Origin: Gracilinanus agilis
Lineage: Eukaryota
DNA: 57,027 nt
NCBI RefSeq assembly: GCF_016433145.1
Contig: NC_058130.1
Coordinates: forward strand, 99,904,044-99,961,070
Direction: 5' to 3'
In this document: positions 1 through 10,500 of the stretch, in pieces
Layout: every line of letters begins with the position of its first letter
Position numbering within the stretch: position 1 is the first letter of the stretch
Position numbers and translations under genes: made by a program
Notes under the pieces: model-generated
Database searches by the model: none
What the model saw: only the letters and a program-made list of their open reading frames with translations
What the model was told of the DNA's origin: nothing

Positions 1-39
1 GCCTGAGCCTGAGGAATTTATCCGAAAGTGAATTGGGGA

Positions 40-900
40 GCTAGTAAGAGGCACGCAGGGGCCAGGGCAGGGTCAGAGGGCCCAGGGAGACAGCGGGGCC
101 CCTGGGCAAGGGCGCGGTGGGGGGCTGACTCAGCCCGCGGGCCCGGGCTGACTAGGCATGGCTTTGGCTCCCCGCCGGGCAGTGAGCCAGTTTGGGGGCA
201 GGGATCTGGAGCGGGGTGAGCCCAGGGTCACCCGAGGTCTGGGGCTAGACGGGGCTTCTGGGGACATGGTGCCCTCCCCGAGGATGGGCATGCATCGGGG
301 TGAAGAGAGTCTGCCCTGGCTCCGGCCCGGCCCAGCGTGAGGAAGGTTCCAGGCCCGGAGCCTCTGGCCCTTGGGGTGACCTCCCCAGGCTGTGTCCGTG
401 GGGTCCGTACTCTACTTACCGGACGGAGGCTCGGAGGGATCGGAGGACGGGGCTGGGCTGGGTGCTTGCCGGAGGCGCTGTAGGGATGCGGAGGAACTGG
501 TAGTTCTCCACGCTACTTTGGGGAAACGAAAGTTCGCCCTCCAGCTGGAGCCAAGCCCCGCCCTTACTCCGCCCGCCGGCGTCTAGGGCGGGGCGCGGAC
601 ACCCCCCTCCCCCAACCCGGATCGGGAACCTGAGGCCCGAGAGGAGTGGCCCGCGCTGGCCCCTGGTTTCCAAGGGCGGCCGGCTTCTTCCAGTGTAGCA
701 AGGTAGGTTTGTAGGATGCCCCGACCCGGCTGGAGTCCAGGGCTTGGCAGGAGACTGCCCTTTGGGCACGGCATTGCTCTGACGAGGACAGTGCAGCGCC
801 TGGTTACGTGTCCCAGCCTCTACCCAGGGCACCAGAGCGCTGGCATTTGGTTCTAGAGCTGGCTCCCCTTGGGGACTCCAGGAAATAGAGGCGGGACCCG
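40..900 (-). promoter_or_regulatory. TREX1: CpG island / promoter of the gene downstream of ATRIP (putative TREX1)
   Basis: GC/CpG-rich segment with GC boxes (about 556-563 and 587-594), ISRE-like GGAAACGAAAGT at 522-533 and a strong minus-strand donor. The name comes from synteny (TREX1 follows ATRIP on the same strand in human); no CDS is in the window. Confidence 0.6.
420..520 (-). other. TREX1: Putative non-coding exon 1 of TREX1; intron 1 runs off the left edge
   Basis: Minus-strand CCG|GTAAGT donor, exon ends at 420. The 5' end is approximate. Human TREX1 has a non-coding first exon and one coding exon. Confidence 0.55.
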
Positions 901-1365
901 CCTAGGAGTCAGGGCCGCGTCTTCCACAGTTCAGTGGAGCTCTGAAGCATTTGTAGGTGGGGCAGGGCTCCGGGACACAGGAAAGGTTCCAGGTGTCAGG
1001 TTTTTTTTCCCCCATACAAGTGGAAGCCTCAACTTGGCTCCCCGGGATGCTCTTCAATTGGCAGCAGTGGGGGCACCAAATGTTTTTGTTGGGGGAGGAA
1101 CTCCTTGTGCTTATTTCCAGATAGAGCCTTGATGGGAAGAACAGGAGACTTTGCAGGGCTCCAGCAAGTGACAACCTCAGTTTCCCAAGCTCCCAAATAG
1201 AAGTTGCATTGTGTTCTCTCTAGAGCCCATTGAGGTTTTACAATTTATTAATCCATTTTCAGAGGTTCTTCCAAATGCAGAATTAGGTAAGGAAGGATCC
1301 AGAAACAAGTGATTAAAAACTACCATCGGTAATATTCTTTGAATTGTCAATGACATTCATTCGTC

Positions 1366-1371
1366 TTTAAT
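1366..1371 (-). terminator. ATRIP: ATRIP polyadenylation signal ATTAAA
   Basis: ATTAAA on the minus strand about 83 nt after the stop codon at 1454. Confidence 0.65.
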
Positions 1372-1453
1372 AAGTTGGTATAAATTTTAAAACTTCTCTA
1401 TAAAATTCATGTCTAAAGTTGAAAAGCTGGTGGCATTAGTACCACCTTGTGAT

Positions 1454-1521
1454 TTAGCTAGGGTCCACGTTAGGGTCATCCAGGTCTGGTTCTGTTCGGC
1501 ACAGGTCTTCCAGAGCTGTCT
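1454..1521 (-). CDS. ATRIP: ATRIP terminal coding exon 13 (68 nt to TAA)
   Basis: ETALEDLCRTEPDLDDPNVDPS*, compared with recalled human EAALDDLCAAETDVEDPEVECG*. Confidence 0.93.
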
Positions 1522-4500
1522 CTAAACCGGGAAACAAAAGGATGAAGTTGTAATGGGCTTGATCCAAAACATCAGGGCCTTAACTGATGATACTGGTTGT
1601 GTTGACCGCCCTGCCTCCTAGCCCTTCCTCCCCCTTTCCTGACACACCTAGGGCTGGACACCCAGGCTTTGGTGTGGAGTCAGAACAAGCCGTGAAGGCA
1701 GGCAGCAGTGGCGAGCATCAGACAGCTGGTTCAGGAAATCAGACAAGGCCAAAAATTCCACAGGCTTTGAGGGTTGGGCCTAGGCTGGGCAGCTAAGCAT
1801 CATTTTTAGGAAACACAAGTTGGAACTGAGATAATGGGAGATCATATTTGAGGTTATTGTTGGGGGCAAGGAAAGACTTTCTTCCCTTTGGCCTCCCAAA
1901 GCCTAAGAGACTCAGAACCGACAGTGCCCAGCTTCCCTCTCTCACCTTCATAGTTTGTCCTGTCAGGGAGGCCTCGAAGGAGGGCCTGGATACCAGGAAT
2001 CACCTGGTCATACTGGTGAAGAACATCCATGCAGTGCACATGGAATAGTGTGTCTCTCTGAGACAGACTGTGCAATAATAACAAGGTGTCCCGGAGACAC
2101 CGGACCATCTGCTTTCTCTGCCCTGTGTGTACATGGCCTTCCAATCTCCGAATAGTCAGCCACTGTCTGTGGAGCATCACTATAAGTGCTTTGACAACCT
2201 AGGAAGCAGGAGGAAGAACAGGTCAGTAGTAGAGGGTAATGGAGGACTACTTTTATTTAGGGCTTAGTTCAGAAGGGGAAGAAAATGCTTCGCGTCACTG
2301 ATTTCATTTTAAATACTGCTTCAGTGAATGAATCAATTAACAAGTGTTCATTAAGCACATACTATGGGCCATATATCTGTGCCAAGGATACAAAGCCAAA
2401 AAAAGAAACAGTCCATAATCTCAAAAAAAATATTCTTTGGGAGGTAACATCATGTGTGTATGTACCCATATAGACATACATCTATATAAATAAATCATAG
2501 AGACAGTATATATGAATGTGAGGTGATGGTTTTTGTTCTTTAGAGGGACACAGGAAAGGCTTCCTATACAAGCTGGTGCTTGGACAGTGTTTTAAAGGAA
2601 ACAGGCAATTCTAAGAGGCAGGCAGGCAGGCAGGCAGGAGGAAAGAAGGGTATCCTACGAATGGGAAGAGCCAGTGCAAAGGCTCAGAAGTGGGAGATGG
2701 AGTATCCTATCCAGCAAAAAGGGTAGTTTAGCTGAACTGAAGAGTGCAGGGTAGAGGCTGATGTATCATACAACTGGAAAGGTATGCCAGGGTCGAGTTG
2801 TGAAAGGTTTTAAAAGCCCCACGGAAGTTTATATTGGGTCCTCAGAGCAACAAGGAGCCATTGGAGTTTACTGAGTAAGGCAATGATATGATTAGAATAG
2901 TGCTTCTGTTTATGGATAATGCGGGACCAAGTTGCCTGGCCCACTCTGTGCTGAATAGATAGGTTCCTTCTTGCTGGAGGTTAAAGATTCAAAATTGAGG
3001 CCATAAAGGGGAGAAAAATGTGAAAAACTGAAAAGCACCTTTCTCTTTTACCAGTCATTCTCAAACTTTTTGGCCTCAGGACCCCTTTATACTTTTAAGA
3101 ATTTTTTTTTGTAAACCCTTACCTTTCATCTTGGAATCAATACCTGTGTATTGGCTCCAAGGCAGAAGAGTGGTAAGGACTAGGCAATGGGGGTCAAGTG
3201 ACTTGCCCAGGGTCACACAGCTAGAAAGTGTCTGAGGCCAGATATGAACCTAGGACCTCCTGTCTCTAGGCCTGGCTCTCAATCTACTGAGCTACCCAGC
3301 TGCCTCCTACTTTTAAGAATTCTTGAGAACCCCACAAAAGAACTTCTGTTTATGTGGGTTATAGTGGCCAATATTTACCACATTAGAATTTAAAAGCATT
3401 ATTATATTAAAGTATTATTATGGAGATAGTTTTAGCCTCACAGACCTGAAAGTATCTTGGGGACTCTTATGGGAGATGGACCACAGCTGAATCAGTTCTA
3501 GAGGTATATATTTAAGCACTCAAATGCACACTCACACATACACACACTATCTCTCCATTACTGTTTAGGGAAGGGCATGGTGTTGATAGTACTATTCAAG
3601 AGATCACTACATCTTCAAGCTTGTGGAGGAAGAAGGCCCAAACGGCCACCTTTTTTCCTAACAAGTACTTGCTGCTGGCTCAGTGGAGAGCTAGTTTGCA
3701 TTATTCTCCTTTCTGAGGAGGTTTGGAGAGAGGGATAAGGAATTATGAAGGGCAATGCCTGGATACATGACCAAAGTGTGGTTTGTGTTGCTATGGTTAA
3801 ACAAGGGGCACTAGTGACATCTTCAGTGCTGTCCCTACCCATCCCATGACCCCCACCCCCCCACCCCCACTCCCTGGCCACTTACCTCTAGGCTGCACTG
3901 GCAGTCCGATCCTATAAGGGCAATAGGAGAGTCAGGACTCTGCATCATCTTGGCCAGGAACCACACAGTCTAGGACAAGAGAGCACAGGGACGCAGGGTC
4001 CTACCACAAACTCTGCAGGCAGGAGCAGGACCCTTCTAGAGTAATCAGGCTTCTTGGGCTGCCCGCCACTCTGATCCAGCTAACTCAGCAACTGCTTACC
4101 TGGACAAAGGGAGGCACTCCCTGAGTACTAGCAGGCACTCAGAAGTATGGCCAATCTCGGCAGAGTGGAACCCCACCTTCAGAGATCCCGACCATCACCA
4201 GAACTCAAAGCAGAGTCTGTTCCACGTCTGGGAACTTGTATATAAATGAGCTTATGTTGTGACTTGACTGCTTCATGCTAGTGTATCCTGTTTCCAGACC
4301 AAACTGTGAGCTTTGACAGGGATCATGCCTTACTTATTCTCTCATCTCCCCAGCAATGCTTAGAATGGGGCTGGGCACTTGTGGCTAAAGAGTTCCCCTA
4401 GGAACTCTTTAGCAAGTTCTTTAGAGGTTTTTGAAAAACCAGCAAGCCCTGATGTTTTGTTTACCTCTTGTTCCAGCTGAAACCACTGTGTTTCCACCAC

Positions 4501-7500
4501 TGCTTTATCTGGCCTTGATGTGATATACATATACAGCAAAAGGAGAAGACAGGTTTCTGGGGAGAAAAAATAAGTTTCCATTTCTTTCACTAAGTAGTCA
4601 TCTCTTTGTTCCCCCTACCAGGCCCAGGGCAGTTACAGCTGAAGTTTTCATAGACTGTTCTGCAGATGAAGTTTGGCATCTTGGGCATCTCCTCTTACCT
4701 CTTAAGACAGGAAGCACTCATCCTGAGGATAACAAACTCCCTAACCCTGCCTCCCCTCATCTCTGAGGATTCCAGACCTTCTTATGGCCGAAGAGAGTAC
4801 TTCTGATAACACAGGAGAGGAGGGATGGAAGGAGGGAAAGAATAAGCATTTACATAACACCTACTATGTACCAGGTACTGTACTAAGCACTTTTTACAAA
4901 TATTACCTCATTTAGTTCTCACAACATCCCTGCCAGTCAAAGTGCTATTATTATCCCCATTTTATAGTTGAGGAAACTAATGCAGATATGTTAAACAGAG
5001 ACTTGCCCAGAGTCACACAGCTAGTAAATGTCTAAGGCTAGATTTGAAATCAGGTTTCCTGACTCTTGGCCCAGGGCTCTATCCACCATATTTACTGTCA
5101 GCTACGTGAGGACACAGTATCCTGCTTCTACTACTTTAGCCCCTAAATCTCCGGAAATGGCTTTTTACCTGACTGAGAGCAGAGCTGAGGAGCTAACTTC
5201 TTATGGTCACAAAGCAGGGACAGAAGATGAATAGTCAGGAGGACAGTTGACAGATGGGCTGTTGAGGAAAGGCACTGGAGCAACCCATGGCTATTCAGCA
5301 CACACTGGAACCTGGAAAACACAGACAACCAAGGATGCTGCACCAATGAAGAGATATACAAAGGAAGTAGCCTTAGCCATCCTGGGCCCCCCGAGGTTCC
5401 CTTTCTCCCCCGACTTGTACAAAGCATTGTCTATATTTATGCCCTGGCCTACTTCCAGACCACAGGCATGTGGAAGGTGTGGTCATGACAACAGATTGAG
5501 CCCCTTGTGGAGCCATGTATAAGGAAAAGCTTTCTATTTCTTGTAACATGAGTTTGCACCTTGGTCCACACCCAAAGACAGTGTGCCAACCTGGGGATTA
5601 CTGGTGTGTACAGGTCATAGTAGTTTGAACAAGGCAAAGGGAGAACTTTGGATGGTCCATCTTTAGATTCACTGGGCCCTCGAACCAAAGTTATTAGGGA
5701 AGCTGGAAGATATAGCCCTGGCTTCCTACAGGCATAGGGGGCAAAAAGGAGAAGCCCGATGGGCTGGTGGAAAGCACCTGTGAGGCTGGAGGCTATGTGG
5801 TACCAACAGGACTCCAGCTCCACTCCAAGCACAAGACTCTGTTCTACATGGGAGGTAGAATAATAGCAGGTTTTCCAGTATCTGTGTGGTACAAGAATAT
5901 GCACTGCATATTTTGGTGTAGAGCTTGTGGTCTAAGAGGATATTTGTCATCAGGCAGTAACTATATGGCAACTTACAAAGGTTTTAGTTTGACAACTAGG
6001 GTGTTTGAGGCTAAAACAAATCACAGGACAAACTCCTTACAGTTTGGACTCTTGAGACTTGAAATTTGCTCTATTGAATCCTGTTACTACTTTAGATCTT
6101 TTTCATGTAGACTTTGGGAAATAGCTATTAGAGACCATCAATGAGACAGAAGTGTGCTGTTAACAGTATACCAAAGAATATGGCAGTTAAAACATTAACT
6201 TCCATTTTAGAATCAATACTATGTATAGGTTCTGGGGCAAAACAGTGGTAAGGGCTAGGCAATGAGGGTTAAGTGACTTGCCCAGGGTCACACAGCTAGG
6301 AAGTGTCTGAGGCCAGATTACTCTCAATCCATTGACCTACCCAGCTGCCCCCAACATTAAGTTTTACATAATAAATCAGTTTGTGTTGCTTTAAACCTAG
6401 AATTGCAGTGGGTCCTGAGAGACGGAACTAACCATTATAACACAGGAAGGAAACTACCAGTAATAGTGCATTCTCCATGGCTTTTACTGAACAGTTGTTA
6501 AACTGAGATGCTTCAGACTCATACAGTCCTGGAATGCTAGAATGAGCTAAAAGATCACTAATCCAATCTCCTCATTCACTGATGAGGCAACTCAAATCAA
6601 GATATTATATATAACACTTGCTAAAGGTCACACAGCAATCTGACCCATGGCAAATCCAGATGGGCAAAATAATCAATTTTTCAGCTAGATTCAGTTATAT
6701 CAGAATGTGTTAGATAGAGGTTCTCAAAAGGAAAGTATCATAGAATGTCATCATAACCTAGAACCATGTTCAGAATGACAGAACAAGGACCAATAACAAC
6801 AAAGACTTTTGATAAATTAACTTCTCTGTGATCTAGTGTAGGACTCAGGCCCTAACAGCTACATCTAGAGACAAACTCATATGCCATGATGGTGGCTGGC
6901 TATCAAACATTGCCACAAACAGTGTCTACCAAGATACTGGAAAAAGACATTTGTGCCTCAAACTGGATTTTCCCTCTGGAACTCTGTGTGCCATGGTATG
7001 TAGCCCTCATCTTACCTGTCATATAAAGGTTGAGTTAAACATAAGGTATCCCCTATCCATTCTCCAAACCCAGTCCAACTCTCTCTCAGATAACAGCATT
7101 CCCTAGTGTAACAGAACACTAGTCTTGAAATCAGACAAGCTAGGTTGGAATCCAGATTCTATCATTTAATACCTGTGTGACCACAGGCACATAGCATGCC
7201 ACTTTCCTTTTCTGAGGCTCAGTGTTCTCATCTGTAAAAGGTGTAAAAATAATAACACCATGTACCTCACTGGCTTTTGCAAGGATCAAATGAAATTACT
7301 TAAGTGCTTTGCGACCATAAATTGTCTTCTAAACTATACTTCATAACTTAGCAAGTAAAGAAGGAAACTACTAGTGACAGAACCTAACTATTTGCAGAAA
7401 GTTCAAGGGAAGGCTGCAGAGAAACTTAACTCCCATTTTACCTGGGTAAAAAATCAAAAGCACAGTTTTCAGCTAATTTCACCAAAACCTTAAGGCACTG

Positions 7501-10500
7501 GTTTAGGACTCGAACTTGTAGGTGACCTGTTGAAGTAGAGGAGAAAGACAACAAGTAGAGGAGCATCTTCAGCAATGGATGTTGGTCCTGGCTATCTGAG
7601 GTCTCCTCTGGGGCTTCAGCCAGTTGTTCTTCCACCATAGGGTTTTCTGATATCTTCTCATGACTCCTTCTGCACATAGTTTTCTTGTTCTCTCCTAAGA
7701 CAGGATCCTCTCCATCAGTAGCATCTCTTCTCCCCCCTTCTGACAGTAGTGTTTGAACAACAGCCCCACTATAACACACCAGGTGCTGAAGAATGCTGAG
7801 TGCTACCATAGTGAACCCTTCCAGAGTTAACAAGGAATCCTCTGTGTTAGATTCCACGCTGGTGCTCACTCGAGAGGAGCAGGCTGATGAGTCCCCAGAA
7901 CTACTCCTTTTCACTGTGGCCACAGCCTGCAGAGTCTGGCAATAAAGGTCAATGTGGTACCTCACAAGTGGGAGAAGGTGCACAGCCCCTGGAAGTTGGC
8001 AAAGCTGAGTGACCTGAGATGCTCTCTTGTTCCCCTCTGTAAGGCTTTCATCAAATGAACCATCGTCCCTGGCAATTAGATTTAGTCCTGTGGTGGCCAG
8101 GCTCTGTGCTTCTTTCAGGGACGAGGCAGAGAATGACCCTTCTCGAGAACATGTGGTTCCAATGTTTGACATTCCTGATGAAGTACTAAGAGAAAGCACA
8201 AAGGAGGGAAGTCCGTTGTGAGACTGAATAGAGGAATATATTTTTTAAAAACCCTCAACTTCCATCTTAGAATAAATACTGTGTACTGGTTCCAAGGCAG
8301 AAGAGTGGTAAGGGCTAGGCAATGGGGGTTCCATGACTTGATTAGGGTCACACAGCTAAGAAGTGTCTGAGGCCAAATTTGAACCCAGGACCTTCCATCT
8401 CTAGGCATGGCTCTCAATTTACTAAGCCACCTAGCTGCTCCAGTGAGACTGAATATTAATGCTCTGTATGAAGTTGGTATCTTGATAAAAATTTGTTATA
8501 TGGAAGTGTGAGGCATTTCATGCATCATGATCCCAACCTGAGAGCAGGCAGTGTATGCTGTAAGTAGTTAAGAGGCCCCAGGCAGTTTTCTCTGATGACT
8601 TATCATACCCACCCACCCATCCAGAAAGGACACAGGCCAGTAAGGACCAGGCCAGCTATGTGCCATGGCTATAGTTGCCTAGAAAGAAGGCATGTTCCCG
8701 AGGCCTTTCCTGAGAGGAATCGCTCAGGAGTTGTATACTTACCTGCCCAATCTTGGAGGCTGGAATAAGCCAGCAGGGACTTCAGGATGACTGCTCAGAA
8801 GATGACACAGACTTAGGGATGGCCCTGAGGTCAAAGGCTGCTTCAGAAGCAAGTTTATCAAAACAGAACCTGCAAGAGATAAGATAGGTTGAAATGATCT
8901 TCATGTGAGATTTTTTCTAGGGCATTCAAAGGAAACTTTGAAGTTCATTTGAGACACCCAACCACTATGTGAACTAAATCCACATTGAGAACCTTATTTT
9001 TCTTCTAATGTTAGATGTTGTATATACCTTCTTGTAGAAGTTTAACAAAAATGGCTTTTGCTGTTCATTTCCCATTTTATGAAGTCTGTTTAAAGGATTG
9101 ATCCTGTGTATGGCTTAAGCCCACCATTTTACTCTACTGACTCTTAGTTGTCAGGCAAATTGGAGAAGGAAAAAAATTCTTCTGTCAGTTGCCCATCTCC
9201 CTCCTTCACTAAGTGGAAATTGTTCCTTTGCACACATCACATCCTGAAATTTACTGTAAGGTTGCCTGGAACACCCTGAACACTCTCATAAAAAGATGCC
9301 TAAGAAGAGCAGTCGTAGCTATGGTGTCTAGTATCTGAGACTTCTAACTCCAGTACCTTGAGTGTTTGGTCGCTGAACACAACTGGGAATAAAATTTTTC
9401 TGTGTCTCCTCCTGTTTTACAGATTCATTTCCTGAATTGTGGGCTTTATTATCTGAAACAAGAAGGCACAAATTGTAAGCTGTGTACAAAAGACATGACC
9501 ACCCAGAATCTCTTTGCTCAACATACACACAATAAATGCCACCTCAGAGAGAGGTGGTATAAGCAACTTAATCAATCACTCCCATTAAAGCCTGGGCATT
9601 CTGTTGGGTGCAGACATACCCAAAGTCTGATCAAAACAAGATCTAAGACTTCTAGAAAAGCTTTAATATCTTCAGCTCCAGAAGTGGGGGGGGGGGGGGG
9701 GAGAAAGAATGTTCACTGCAAATAAAGGAGATGAAAATAAAATTTGCCTTTTCTTCTAAACTCAACTATTGATAAGCACTAAATTGTGGCTGACTGCTTT
9801 TTGCAAGTTAGGTACCAAAAGTATGAGGAGGCCATAGGAAGCTTTTCAAAGATAGAGATGTTGCAGAGGAAAAAAAATGTAGATTCTTTACCATAATTAA
9901 GAGAATGGAAAGAAAGATTCTTTAAAATGTAGTTAAATTTCATTTACTCCACAATGTAGTACTTTATCTCCTAATTGCAAGGGGTTGATAGGAAATAGCC
10001 CAGACAATTGTCTCAAAACGAAACCCTACCACTGCCAGCTTAATTTTACAGAAAAAAGGAGTAGTATCTCTTCAAACCTTCATCGAGAGGGGGCAGCTGG
10101 GTAGCTCAGTAGATTGAGAGTCAGGCCTAGAGATGGGAGGTCCTAGGTTCAAATCTGGCCTCAGACACTTCCCAGCTGTGTGACCCTGGGCAAGTCACTT
10201 GACCCCCATTGCCCCCCTTACCACTCTTCCACCTATGAACCAATATACAGAAGTTAAGGATTTAAAAAATTAAAAACAAAAAACAAAAAACCTTCATCGA
10301 GAGAACCAAAACACAAGGGTAGCTTTTGTGAATCAGAACAAAGTTGTTGCATGTTGCCCCTCTCCCTTATAGACCATGGACAATAAGCTACAACTCCTAG
10401 TGATGTTGCCTCCCATGATGTCTTGTAAACCTGCCCCTATTTCTCTACTCCCACTGCCACTGTCCAAACCAGATCCTCATTAACATCCACCTGGAATATT

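Noticed and set aside
1-419. TREX1 coding sequence
   Set aside because: No exonuclease motif (e.g. LIFxDxEATG) in any listed ORF; the region follows a strong donor and reads as intron.
5449-6144. ORFs of 151 and 125 aa in ATRIP intron 8
   Set aside because: No recognisable homology or splice context; overlapping frames on both strands are consistent with chance.
10090-10165. tRNA gene calls at SINE heads
   Set aside because: A/B boxes belong to tRNA-derived SINEs that continue into core and tail; no standalone cloverleaf.
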